Shown here piece after piece: positions 1 through 13,500 of a stretch of DNA of 64,000 nucleotides. Origin of the DNA: Tubiluchus corallicola (lineage: Eukaryota; Animalia; Priapulida); assembly GCA_030141605.1 (NCBI GenBank), contig JAQGDQ010000968.1, positions 1-64,000 on the forward strand. The letters are read 5' to 3'. The notes below the pieces were generated by a model. That model was given only the letters and a program-made list of their open reading frames with translations. It did no database searches and was not told the origin of the DNA. The number at the start of each line of letters is the position of its first letter. Position 1 is the first letter of the stretch. Position numbers and translations under genes: made by a program.

Positions 1-210
1 GGTGCGCAAAACTAAAATTACTGGGGTTGCGACTTCAGGAAATTTTTAGCCATTCTTTTAATACTGTGTAAAACAAAACAAACATGTAATTTTAATGTTA
101 GAATTGTAATTTTAAACAAACAAACATATGAAAGCTTATATATATGTATAAACTTGATAAAATGCTAAACAAAAATTCGTACAAATATTCTAACCTGCAG
201 TTCAAGAACA
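1..210. repeat. Dispersed repeat family, partial copy (other copies ~16835-17095 and ~34530-34785)
   Basis: The block 'aatttttagccatt..ttaatactgtgtaaaac..aattttaaacaaacaaaca..aaacttgataaaat(g/c)ctaaacaaaaa' recurs at three places; class not determined. Confidence 0.6.
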
Positions 211-315
211 TGCCGGTACACGTTTTTAAACTGTGTCTCCACCTAGTAGTGGACGCTAACAGTGCAGCGTACAGGGCGTTATTTCAGACATGTGTCCATG
301 ACTATAAATGTGTGT

Positions 316-1585
316 TCCCTAATGCTACTTGAGTAAATGACTCCTGGGCACTGTCCTGACTAAGTTACTAAGACAATAAACGCGTTTTCCCTAATGCTAC
401 TTGAGCAAATGAGTCCTGGGCACTGTCCTGACTAAGTTACTAAGACAATAAATGCATTTTCCCTAATGCTACTTGAGTAAATGAGTCCTAGGCACTGTCC
501 TGACTAAGTTACTAAGACAATAAACGCATTTTCACTAATGCTACTTGAGCAAATGACTCCTGGGCACTGTCCTGACTAAGTTACTAAGACAATAAACGCA
601 TTTTCCCTAATGCTACTTGAGTAAATGACTCCTGGGCACTGTCCTGACTAAGTTACTAAGACAATAAACGCATTTTCCCTAATGCTACTTGAGCAAATGA
701 CTCCTGGGCACTGTCCTGACTAAGTTACTAAGACAATAAACGCATTTTCCCTAATGCTACTTGAGCAAATGACTCCTGGGCACTGTCCTGACTAAGTTAC
801 TAAGACAATAACGCATTTTCCCTAATGCTACTTGAAATACTCTGCACTGCCCTAAGTTCAAGACAAAAAGCTTTCCAAGCTATTGGCAAATGACTCCTGG
901 GCACTGTCCTGACTAAGTTACTAAGACAATAAACGCATTTTCCCTAATGCTACTTGAGCAAATGACTCCTGGGCACTGTCCTGACTAAGTTACTAAGACA
1001 ATAAACGCATTTTCCCTAATGCTACTTGAGCAAATGACTCCTGGGCACTGTCCTGACTAAGTTACTAAGACAATAAATGCATTTTCCCTAATGCTACTTG
1101 AGTAAATGACTCCTGGGCACTGTCCTGACGAAGTTACTAAGACAATAAATGCATTTTCCCTAATGCTACTTGAGCAAATGACTCCTGGACACTGTCCTGA
1201 CTAAGTTACTAAGACAATAAACGCATTTTCCCTAATGCTACTTGAGTAAATGAGTTCTGGGCACTGTCCTGACTAAGTTACTAAGACAATAAACGCATTT
1301 TCCCTAATGCTACTTGAGTAAATGAGTCCTGGGCACTGTCCTGACTAAGTTACTAAGACAATAAACGCATTTTCACTAATGCTACTTGAGTAAATGAGTC
1401 CTGGGCACTGTCCTGACTAAGTTACTAAGACAATAAATGCATTTTCCCTAATGCTACTTGAGTAAATGAGTTCTGGGCACTGTCTTGACTAAGTTACTAA
1501 GACAATAAATGCGTTTTCACTAATGTGACTTGAGTAAATGAGTCCTGAGCACTGTCCTGACGAAGTTACTGAGACAATAAATGCA
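316..1585. repeat. Minisatellite, 72-bp unit, ~17 copies
   Basis: Unit TAATGCTACTTGAGCAAATGACTCCTGGGCACTGTCCTGACTAAGTTACTAAGACAATAAACGCATTTTCCC; same phase recurs at 361 and 721 (5x72). Confidence 0.95.
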
Positions 1586-2611
1586 TAGTCGCTTTTGTGC
1601 CGAAAGCTTTTCTTTGTTTCTTATCAGTGATCGTAACAATTTCAGGAATTCGTGCGGAAGACGGAAGCAGAGTTTACCAAATTGGACAACCCAAACACGC
1701 GGGAAGCATCAAATGCTGAAGAATCCGCTAACATGTGAGCTAGCATATAGCGACATCTATAGTCAAACTTTTGCATCTATGCCGTGTCCATGTTGATTTT
1801 AAACCTTTAATTCTCGTACGGCAGACGTCAAGTTTTTAAGATAATGTTTTCCACAAAAAAAATATCCAACATGATTTTAATGTAATATCAGTAGGAATTA
1901 GTGATTATCATTGTAACTCAGGGCCAATTTTATGTACTAATTTTTAAACACTTGAACTAAACACTCTGATTTTATGCCCAAATTTTTGTATGAAACATAA
2001 CTGTACAAAACAAGAGAGCAGTCAGATTAAGAAATTAATGATAATGCAGTCGAATTCCGGTAATACAATCTTCACGCGATTTTTTAAATTGAATTCACAT
2101 TGGCAGAACTTTGGGGAATCATTGTATAAAACGGGGTTTCTTAATAACGAGTTTTGTATTAAGCATAAGTGATTACATGAGTTTTATTATAACTTTGGCA
2201 GGGACATAATAATATCATCGCACTACTGACAGTTTTGCTATAAGCCAAATCGTATTACCGGAATTCTTAAGCATCTGTAGCGTGTTTCTTTAAGCTTTAA
2301 GTTTCTTTAGCATGTAATCCATGGTTATCATTGTCAACACTAAGATGCAGATATTTCTAACATGGTTTCCTTTTGCTACCCAAATAGTAGAAACGGGTAC
2401 CGAGTTTTTTATGTTACTTGGTTGTGAGTTGGCCAGTACTTTGCTGCTGGGAATTAAAGTATTACCAATGTATGAACGTGCTCAGATGATAAATAAGTAT
2501 TATTTTCGATAATTGTGATGATGTTGCTGATAGTAGTGATGGCGGTAATGATGATACCGAAATGCGTTCACACTCTGTGTGTGAATGTGAAATGGCCCTG
2601 TTGTCTGAGTT

Positions 2612-2991
2612 AATAAGCATTTTCAAAATTTCGTTGTGCGAGCGTGCAGTTGCTGTAGGTCAACGGTTATGTGTCCAATAGCAATGCATCTTAACTACAA
2701 CTGTTATGTGACATGTGGGTAAAGCAAAGTCGTCTGCCGCACCAGTTGTTTTACGTAGACTTTACTTAATTATGCATTAGTCTGCACATAGAATAATTTA
2801 CTAGTAGGATCTTGCTTGTGAAGAAGAAAAATGAACTAGGTGAGGTTCTAGCTAGCTGTTAAAACTGTTACTATTACAGTAGCATGGACTGAGAGGTGTT
2901 GTCAAGCGTACACAAATGCGTTGTCTGGCATGCTTAACCTTTGACCTTTTCACGATCATCATCAATCGCTGGAACTGTGAAAAGGCTTATT
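2612..2991. mobile_element. MITE (~380 bp) with AATAAGCCTTTTC-type terminal inverted repeats
   Basis: Ends aataagcattttca / tgtgaaaaggcttatt; a full second copy at 59709-60097 and an inverted partial copy at ~26925-27067. Confidence 0.75.
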
Positions 2992-3157
2992 AATGCCATA
3001 TTTTATAAACTTGTAGACACTAAATATTGTATCGCACAAAAACTCGTAAAAACGTCGTGAACATTCACGGCAACGCCATGTATCAATTTAATCATTCAGT
3101 CAGAATTCATTGAACATCTTGTTTATTAATTACAAGCTAACAGATGAAGTGGGTACG

Positions 3158-4329
3158 TATTCAATGTTTTGTTTAGTAACTAAGTAACGAACATTGTATT
3201 CAATGGTTTGACATTATTTAGTAACTAAGTAACCAACAATGTGTTCAATGTTTTGACATTATTTAGTAACTAAGTAGCCAACATTGTATTCAATGTTTTG
3301 ACATTATTTAGCAACTAAGTAACCAACATTGTATTCAATGGTTTGACATTATTTAGCAACTAAGTAACCAACATTGTATTCAATGGTTTGACATTATTTA
3401 GTAACTAAGTAACCAACATTGTATTCAATGTTTTGACATTATTTAGTAACTAAGTAACCAACATTGTATTCAATGTTTTGACATCATTTAGTAACTAAGT
3501 AACCAACATTGTATTCAATGTTTTGACATCATTTAGTAACTAAGTAACCAACATTGTATTCGATGTTTTGACATCATTTAGTAACTAAGTAACCAACATT
3601 GTATTCGATGTTTCGACGTCATTTAGTAACTAAGTAACCAACATTGTATTCAATGTTTTGACATCATTTAGTAACTAAGTAACCAACAATGTGTTCAATG
3701 TTTTGACATTATTTAGTAACTAAGTAACCAACATTGTATTCAATGTTTTGACATCATTTAGTAACTAAGTAACCAACATTGTATTCAATGTTTTGACATC
3801 ATTTAGTAACTAAGTAACCAACATTGTATTCCATGTTTTGACATCATTTAGTAACTAAGTAACCAACATTGTATTCGATGTTTTGACATCATTTAGTAAC
3901 TAAGTAACCAACATTGTATTCGATGTTTCGACGTCATTTAGTAACTAAGTAACCAACATTGTATTCGATGTTTTGACATCATTTAGTAACTAAGTAACCA
4001 ACATTGTATTCAATGTTTTGACATCATTTAGTAACTAAGTAACCAACAATGTGTTCAATGTTTTGACATTATTTAGTAACTAAGTAACCAACATTGTATT
4101 CAATGTTTTGACATTATTTAGTAACTAAGTAACCAACATTGTATTCAATGTTTTGACATCATTTAGTAACTAAGTAACCAACATTGTATTCAATGTTTTG
4201 ACATCATTTAGTAACTAAGTAACCAACATTGTATTCAATGTTTTGACATCATTTAGTAACTAAGTAACCAACATTGTATTCAATGGTTTGACATCATTTA
4301 GTAACTAAGTAACCAACATTGTATTCAAT
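3158..4329. repeat. Minisatellite, 45-bp unit, ~26 copies
   Basis: Unit GTATTCAATGTTTTGACATCATTTAGTAACTAAGTAACCAACATT; 180-bp (4x45) periodicity between lines. Confidence 0.95.
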
Positions 4330-4386
4330 AATGTAACATCTGTTGTAATTAATTACTCTACATCAATTTTGTTACATTATCTACAT

Positions 4387-4918
4387 CCCCGGTTCCCAAC
4401 CTTTTGGACTCCACGTAGCCCTAATCTTTTTACACTATGTCCTGGTACCCCCTCGCCTGCCATAAGCAAAATGAAGAAGCAACATTGATGTAACGTCATG
4501 AATATTTTTATCATTATACGTATTGTTCCAATCAAGCTCAGTAAATGAGAGTTCAATGAGACGGCTGCTGTTGCACAGCACGTAGCAGAAACTAACTTTT
4601 TGAATCGAGGTTCAGTTTTCGACAGACTGGCTCTCATGTCTTCGTGGATGTCGAGGAGGTTTCGGACTTTTGTCTTGATTGTCACCATCGTTGAAAAGCC
4701 TGTTTCACACAGGAAAAACTTCACTAACAGCTTTACAGTGGACATGGGTCAAGACCTTGACCAAAAATCATGAATTGTTGGCATAGTCCATAGTCAACAG
4801 AGATGTGTGAATCACCTGCCGATTATTATATAACACTAGTTTTGGTCTAAGAGGCTTTTCAGGTATCCCTTGTAGTGTTTCCCAGTACCCCAATAGTACC
4901 CCAGGTTGGGAATCGAGG
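4387..4918 (-). mobile_element. Internally deleted hAT (Buster/Charlie-type) transposon carrying a transposase C-terminal remnant
   Basis: TIR-like ends ccccggttcccaacct / aggttgggaatcgagg; the minus-strand peptide LCETGFSTMVTIKTKVRNLLDIHEDMRASLSKTEPRFKKLV matches the Buster/Charlie hAT C-terminal (dimerisation) motif; no clear TSD. Confidence 0.8.
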
Positions 4919-5207
4919 AAGATTCTGTGTAGTATCAAATTTTCAATTTATAAATGTTCTGATACATTTGCATGTTCATTTATTAATGTCCTTTTTGATA
5001 AAGTATCGTCTCTTAGTATCTTGTACATAAGTGTAGAATTATGTGTTGTAAATAGTCATTAATATTGTTCTTTAGTTACAAGAATTAATGTAGCAATCAC
5101 TTTTTGGTATGTGAAAAATTGTCATACTTTGAATGAAATGTAAATAGTTCAATTTTTGCCGTGCCTTTGCTAAAAATTATGATTATTTTTATTATAAGAT
5201 TTATAAT

Positions 5208-7672
5208 TAGTTGCAACATTGGATGTGTCATGTGTTAACTGCTAAATGAAATTGTAGCACTTAGTTGCAACATTGGATGTGTCATGTGTTAACTGCTAAA
5301 TGAAATTGCAGCACTGAGTTGCAACATTGGATGTGTCACGTGTTAACTGCTAAATGAAATTGTAGCACTTAGTTGCAACATTGGCTGTGTCACGTGTTAA
5401 CTGCTAAATGAAATTGCTGCACTTAGTTGCAACATTGGATGTGTCACGTGTTAACTGCTAAATGAAATTGCTGCACTTAGTTGCAACATTGGATGTGTCA
5501 CGTGTTAACTGCTAAATGAAATTGCTGCACTTAGTTGCAACATTGGATGTGTCATGTGTTAACTGCTAAATGAAATTGCTGCACTTAGTTGCAACATTGG
5601 ATGTGTCATGTGTTAACTGCTAAATGAAATTGCTGCACTTAGTTGCAACATTGGCTGTGTCATGTGTTAACTGCTAAATGAAATTGCTGCACTTAGTTGC
5701 AACATTGGCTGTGTCATGTGTTAACTGCTAAATGAAATTGTAGCACTTAGTTGCAACATTGGCTGTGTCACGTGTTAACTGCTAAATGAAATTGTAGCAC
5801 TTAGTTGCAACATTGGATGTGTCACGTGTTAACTGCTAAATGAAATCGTAGCACTTAGTTGCAACATTGGCTGTGTCATGTGTTAACTGCTAAATGAAAT
5901 TGTAGCACTTAGTTGCAACATTGGATGAGTCACGTGTTAACTTCTAAATGAAATTGTAGCACTTAGTTGCAACATTGGATGAGTCACGTGTTAACTGCTA
6001 AATGAAATTGTAGCACTTAGTTGCAACATTGGATGTGTCACATGTTAACTGCTAAATGAAATTGTAACACTTAGTTGCAACATTGGATGAGTCACGTGTT
6101 AACTTCTAAATGAAATTGTAACACTTAGTTGCAACATTGGATGTGTCATGTGTTAACTGCTAAATGAAATTGTAGCACTTAGTTGCAACATTGGATGAGT
6201 CACGTGTTAACTTCTAAATGAAATTGTAGCACTTAGTTGCAACATTGGATGTGTCACATGTTAACTGCTAAATGAAATTGTAACACTTAGTTGCAACATT
6301 GGATGAGTCACGTGTTAACTTCTAAATGAAATTGTAACACTTAGTTGCAACATTGGATGTGTCATGTGTTAACTGCTAAATGAAATTGTAGCACTTAGTT
6401 GCAACATTGGATGTGTCACATGTTAACTGCTAAATGAAATTGTAGCACTTAGTTGCAACATTGGATGTGTCACATGTTAACTGCTAAATGAAATTGTAGC
6501 ACTTAGTTGCAACATTGGATGTGTCACATGTTAACTGCTAAATGAAATTGTAGCACTTAGTTGCAACATTGGCTGTGTCACGTGTTAACTGCTAAATGAA
6601 ATTGTAGCACTTAGTTGCAACATTGGCTGTGTCACGTGTTAACTGCTAAATGAAATTGTAGCACTTAGTTGCAACATTGGCTGTGTCACGTGTTAACTGC
6701 TAAATGAAATTGTAGCACTTAGTTGCAACATTGGATGAGTCACGTGTTAACTGCTAAATGAAATTGTAGCACTTAGTTGCAACATTGGCTGTGTCACGTG
6801 TTAACTGCTAAATGAAATTGTAGCACTTAGTTGCAACATTGGCTGTGTCACATGTTAACTGCTAAATGAAATTGTAGCACTTAGTTGCAACATTGGCTGT
6901 GTCACGTGTTAACTGCTAAATGAAATTGCTGCACTTAGTTGCAACATTGGCTGTGTCACGTGTTAACTGCTAAATGAAATTGTAGCACTTAGTTGCAACA
7001 TTGGATGAGTCACGTGTTAACTGCTAAATGAAATTGTAGCACTTAGTTGCAACATTGGCTGTGTCACGTGTTAACTGCTAAATGAAATTGTAGCACTTAG
7101 TTGCAACATTGGATGTGTCATGTGTTAACTGCTAGATGAAATTGTAGCACTTAGTTGCAACATTGGCTGTGTCACGTGTTAACTGCTAAATGAAATTGTA
7201 GCACTTAGTTGCAACATTGGCTGTGTCACGTGTTAACTGCTAAATGAAATTGTAGCACTTAGTTGCAACATTGGAAGTGTCACGTGTTAACTGCTAAATG
7301 AAATTGTAGCACTTAGTTGCAACATTGGATGTGTCACGTGTTAACTGTTAAATGAAATTGTAGCACTTAGTTGCAACATTGGCTGTGTCACGTGTTAACT
7401 GCTAAATGAAATTGTAGCACTTAGTTGCAACATTGGATGAGTCACGTGTTAACTGCTAAATGAAATTGTAGCACTTAGTTGCAACATTGGCTGTGTCACG
7501 TGTTAACTGCTAAATGAAATTGTAGCACTTAGTTGCAACATTGGCTATGTCACGTGTTAACTGCTAAATGAAATTGTAGCACTTAGTTGTAACATTGGCT
7601 GTGTCACGTGTTAACTGCTAAATGAAATTGTAGCACTTAGTTGCAACATTGGCTGTGAAATTGTAGCACTTG
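5208..7672. repeat. Minisatellite, 54-bp unit, ~45 copies
   Basis: Unit TTAGTTGCAACATTGGATGTGTCACGTGTTAACTGCTAAATGAAATTGTAGCAC; 540-bp (10x54) periodicity. Confidence 0.95.
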
Positions 7673-8081
7673 CACTGTGAAATATGACCTAAAGCATTCT
7701 AAACCAGATTTTGCTAATGTGTTTCATCATTCTCACCCCCCCCCCCCTAACACAATGCTTCTCTAAGCAAAAATTAACATTAATCTTAGTTTACGAAGAT
7801 GAATTGTGACTCATATTGGCTGTTTTGAGTAAACATCACTTTTCTCTGCTCCAGAGCTTATGGACTTTGTATAACGTTGGCAAATTCGTAACATGCTCAA
7901 TGTGCTAAAAAGTTAAACTGACTAAACTGCGTGCCTTTAACTTCGTGACAGTGTCGTCACAAAATTTATTTTTGTTACGCTGCAGATTATTTTTGGTACC
8001 AGCGATGGTTTTTTAAAATTTGAGCACAATTGCTTTAAATATCTATTCTTTTCATACATGAATATACGCCGAAGTTGTATT

Positions 8082-8382
8082 TGAGACATGTTTTGTGAAC
8101 ATAACGAAGATTGTATTAAGAGTTGTGAGACATGTTTTGTGAACATAATGAAGATTGTATTAAGCATTGTGAGACATGTTTTGTGAACATAACGAATATT
8201 GTATTAAGCATTGTGAGACATGTTTTGTGAACATAACGAATATTGTATTAAGCATTGTGAGACATGTTTTGTGAACATAACGAATATTGTATTAAGCATT
8301 GTGAGACGTGTTTTGTGAACATAACGAATATTGTATTAAGCATTGTGAGACATGTTTTGTGAACATAATGAAGATTGTATTC
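8082..8382. repeat. Minisatellite, 44-bp unit, ~7 copies
   Basis: Unit GAGACATGTTTTGTGAACATAACGAATATTGTATTAAGCATTGT. Confidence 0.9.
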
Positions 8383-8435
8383 ATAAGTTTTGTTGTAAAA
8401 TTGGTTGTGTAGCTATGATTTCACTGTTGTAAGTA

Positions 8436-8918
8436 CAGTAAACTCCGCGTAACTTAAAATCTCATAAGTCCAATTTTTGGCTAACTCAAAGAATTTCAGC
8501 GGAACGGATGAAATCTTTCCTTTTTCCAACAAAAAACGTCGCTTAACTCAAACTTTCACCTAAATTAAATAAAAAACTAATCAAAATTCATGTAATTTAC
8601 TTCGCCTAACTCTAAACTAGGCACAAACTGAACTGCAGTACGCAAGACATTGGTAGCTCCACTGTCACGTTGTTTAACTGTGTTGTGTACGTGTCTTTCT
8701 GTAACATAAAAAAATCGTGTTTCACTACATAATTTTTTATTCTTTATGTAATTGTCATCAAATCTCGTCGTTTGTGTATAGAAGGGGTGACTTTGTGCCT
8801 TCGATTTAGCTCACCATCTGGAGGACAGGTTTAGAGTTTCTATGCTGGAAAACGGTCAACATCGCCTAACCCAAAGTTTTGTCGGCCCAGTTGGATTTGA
8901 GTTATGTGGAGTTTGCTG
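8436..8918. mobile_element. Tc1/mariner-pogo-type MITE
   Basis: TA|CAGTAAACTCCGCGTAACT ... AGTTATGTGGAGTTTGCTG|TA: TIRs flanked by a TA duplication. Confidence 0.75.
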
Positions 8919-9461
8919 TACTTGGAGCAAAGGTTCTAACTTTATATGTAGAAACAAAAATTATCTTACTGTATCATCGCATACAGAATTGTACATGTTA
9001 AAGTTTAATGACATTTTAAAGTATTTTGACGACTCCTCCCTCCAAAGTCACTAAAAATAAAATTTAGTGTACGAATTTTACGTTTTCACAATTTTTGAAG
9101 AGACAGATTTTTTTATCAACGATATTTTATTTTCTTACGAAAAATTTGTTAAAAAAGCTCACGCGTGTAAAAAATCCGCAGACAAACTAATTTTTTAGTT
9201 TTATTTTTCCTGTACCAATATTAACGTCTAATATTTAATAAGTGTTGTGTAGTTTAGAACAATGTGGTGTGAGAAATCATCGACTGTCGTAATTAAGATT
9301 AGATTAGGATTAGATTAGGATTAGATTAAGATTATTTAAAAAACTGATTGTGAAAGTTTTTAATTATCTAATGATAGATATTCTAGTAATAAATGTCCAG
9401 ACTAAAACCCTGAAGACTTGTTTGTTTATTTGTTTGTTTGTTTACGTAATTTTCTTGTGCA

Positions 9462-10108
9462 CAATGGCGTAGTAAGTGCTTGTGGTGCCCAAGCACACAA
9501 AACTTCTGCTGCCCTTTCATTTTAATGTTTTCATAATTTGTTTCATTGATGAAGCCACAAATTGAGCGCGTTTTTGCGTCCCTGAGCCCGGCTTTCCTTT
9601 TTCGACATGATGGGATAAATATAAATGGATTTTTTTCTAAGAGTCACCCCGAGTTTGATTTGCGGTACTGCAGCAGAGTAACTCTTCTCTATGCATAAGT
9701 TGCTCGTAGCACGACAGTCATCAAACATTCAGCTCCAGCATTGAAACATGGAAAGATTATGAAAGATACAGAACACTGCAGGTTTTCACAATAATGGAAT
9801 CAGCATTTAGAGAAACGTCACTGTTTTTCCCAAGATTATGGATCTGCTAAGCCACACGACACGCTACAGGCACCATTAAGTAACAACATTAGTCTTTTTT
9901 CTAAGCTGTATGTAGTAATGAACTCAGCTACGATGATCTCTGACTAGGCAATTTTGTTGTAATTTGAAAACTTTTGTTAATTGTTTTGTTAATGTCGAAT
10001 TCGTAATTAATAATTAACAGTAATTGAACTCTAGAAGAATTTTGCACCCTCTCACCTTTGCTCCCGGGGGCGATTGCCTACTGTCACCCCCACCTTACTA
10101 CGCCTCTG
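9462..10108. mobile_element. Non-autonomous hAT element
   Basis: TIRs CAATGGCGTAGTAAG / CTTACTACGCCTCTG; 8-bp TSD CTTGTGCA / CTCGTGCA (7 of 8 match). Confidence 0.8.
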
Positions 10109-10508
10109 CTCGTGCACAATTACAGCAGGGTACCTCTGTGCATCAGCAATTCTTAGTCTTGCATGTTATTAAAGCCAGTGGTTCTTCACCCTTCTTGCCC
10201 ACGTACCCCTGTAAATTTTGAAATTCCAGCCCACACCCCTATTGCTGAAGTTTCAGTTCATTTTATCAGGCCACTATTAAATAGTGCTGCCGGATAGCGA
10301 ATACCGGATATCATCGAATATTTCCTCAACTTGACTTCCGGATTGGGATTATAACCGGATAGGTTAGCTAAATTTGGATCGCATATGCGGATCAGTTCGG
10401 ATAATGTTACCATGTCATATTAGCTACAAACGTGATATTTCTGCATACAACAAACGTATTATAATAAATAACTACATTTTATTTTATTAAATTCTAAACA
10501 ATTTCGTG

Positions 10509-13500
10509 TCACAACGTCTCGTCAGCTTCTGCGTACTGAAACTCATCACTATTCTCGTAGTCGCACATATCGAGAGCAACCTCACAACTTTCTCTCACTA
10601 CCCTGTCATCATCATCTAAATATTCTCGTAGAACATCCATGCATTCGTCCGTGGCTATGGCTCCCAATGCTTCGGCACATTCGTGACGCACCATGCAATT
10701 CTCCGATTTGTCCCGTAAGTTTGTTACGAGCTGAGGCACCGCTGCGGCGTGTTGCATCTGACCCAGCACGTATGCGATTTCGTGTCTGAACAGTGCACTG
10801 TCCTTGCATTTCAACCCTGGAACCGAAAAATGCATCAGTCAAAACTAACAAGCAAATAATTAGATACGTAGCAAGAAATGTGATGCTAGATCACGTGTAT
10901 GTGAATATGTTAAGTGATCATCTCTGACCAACATCACTATAACACACAAATAATTCCAAAAAATGCAGGCAACATTATCAGTAAGATGTCGATTGTTAGG
11001 AATTCGTTTAAAACTTAAATGCCACTTTCTGCGACGTTTTTATATGGTACAATTGAAACCTACTAGAAAACTATTAACAGTTGTGTTGGCACAGTGCCAA
11101 GCTGCACTCAAACACATGAAACTTAGTCTAAAGTTATTAGTCATTATTGTGTTGAACTGCTGTATTATAGTGTATTTCAGCTTTAACAAGCCAACAGGGA
11201 TTATATCTGTATCAATATCTGTATTGCATAGCAGATCAAACCATTTTTTGTTGAAGGGGTGACCTACGTAACTTTACTGAAAACAAACTGTAATTTCTGT
11301 ACAAAAATGTTAATTGTTCAAATGGAATTATTTATTAACGTTTAAAAAGCTTTCAGGCCAGTAGCAATGATACCAACAAATGGATTGTTAAGTTTAACGA
11401 CACACAAAAACCACAAAAGATTATTACAAAACCACAATAGATGATTATAATCCCTATGCTGTAGCTTGTTCATTGGTGAAGCCTGAAATACAAGTATTTA
11501 AATGCTACAGACTTCTTAAATGCTAAATACTTGTATTTCATGCTTTAGCAATGAATCAGCTACAGCGTAGGGATTATAACAACCCATTGTGGTTTTTGTG
11601 TGTTGATATCCTATTGATAATATTGGTTGCATTTTCATTGTTGGAACCGAGTAGAAATATCAGATTCGGGTAATAAACAATGCGGGCAATTACTCAGGTA
11701 CCCGGATACCCAATGAAAATGCTAGTAAGCACTATTTTCCTCTTCAAGCAAATGCCCACAGTTCATATCACATTATTTTGTCCAGTTTGTCTGTCTGTCT
11801 GTCTGTAACCCATAACCTCAACATAAATTGCAGTCTTAACAAACTACATTGTGAAATTTGAAATCTGAACTTCACCAGCAGACTATGAAACCTGAACTAC
11901 TCCTGCCCAACATACAATAGCCAGGACTCCTGTTACACCTCATTAACTCTAGTTGAAACCCAGTAAATGGTATGCAAATAGACAGTACAGTAAACAGCTT
12001 AAGAAATAGGTAAATCATTTTTACAGGCAAACTACCAAAAGATGGCAGCACCTCCCTAACATACTACCACTTTCTGCCAAGTCTGTCTAAAAAAACATTA
12101 ATTATGGCATAACTGCATAACAAAATGCATATTATCAAATTGTTTCCTTAACAATACACCCATTACAAAAGCAAATAATTAATGATTGTTTTAATGAGCT
12201 TGGTTAATTAAACTCAAAATTTATTTAATAAACCATCAAAATTAATCACAGTCCTACTGTGCAACTACTCACCGTCAGCAAGAGCCAAAACTGCGTCTGT
12301 ACCGCCCTGATTTCTCAAGGAAAACATCTCCCGATATCTATCAAAGAGTGGAAGGTCTTCATCTAGTAAAATGTCGCGTTGCTTTTGCACATCGCTTGCT
12401 TCGCTAGGTGGCGTCGGATCGACGGAAAGGTACGGATTAGCGGCAAGTACTTCTTTGTGACGCTCGGGACTGTGTAGCCATTTTATATTTCCTACTGCAA
12501 GTTCACATGTTTCTGCTACCTAGGAAAAGATTTCATTTTGCACTGAAGTAATGGTTGATTATTAACTAAACTCATATCTCCAGTTTGGCAGACCTCGGTT
12601 TTATGGATATCGGAAAATTCGAACAAAATCTGGTCTGTTAAAAGTCCCGCATGTTACGGACATAGTCCGTTTGTTGCGTGAGCTGACCGCTAATCGGTAG
12701 GCCGTCACTTTGTTTACATCACATACATCAGCGTAACCACGTGTATATCTCTATATATAAAAATATAGAACCGATTAAGCGGAGTTATTTTGCCGACAAT
12801 TACAGACAGTTTTTACAAACTTTTGCATAGGAGCGGCCCGTACTAGACGTTTCTGAGTCAATTAACCGATTGATTCTACATTACCGTGAGTTTAACACAC
12901 GGTGCCAACAGTATTAGTTTAGTATTGGTAATACGGACAGTTGGCAAATTGGGACCGATATCTCCCCGCTTTTGTCCAGCAAACCGAGATATCAGTGCAT
13001 TTATTTATTATTTATTAGGCACGCATAGATTACATGTAATAATGAATATATAATATACTCAATTACATGTTGTAAATACATCATATTTTTATGTCAAGAT
13101 CATTTCTGGCTTTTGTGCATTTTCTGTAAATTTATTAAGTGTTTTATCGCGTTTTATTCAGTAAATGAAGCGTTTTTCATGGGGTAACGACAGATTTTTC
13201 TCAAGTAGTTAAATTATTTTCCTACTTAAACAAAAACAGAAAATACGGACAATTGGCAAATTCGAACCGAAATCTCCCCATTTTTGATATGACTGTACAT
13301 TAATAAATTAACCTGTTTTAGCAAATCATTGTACTTACTTCTACAGATGAATCGTTGCAGTACTCTGTTAACAGCTTCAGCGTTTCTTCCCTTCCTATCG
13401 CACCCAAAGCTTCGCCTAAATAAATATAATCATCTCACAAATATAGATGTACAATCAGCAATTAGATAATTGTCATTCGTTAAAGGAAAACTCAACCCAA

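Noticed and set aside
316-7672. Common origin of adjacent arrays (shared TTAGTAACT and CAACATTG words)
   Set aside because: Only 8-9-nt AT-rich matches; the units do not align beyond them
316-8382. CRISPR-like arrays
   Set aside because: Units are head-to-tail with no unique spacers, there are no cas genes, and the context is eukaryotic; the same applies to 61698-63906
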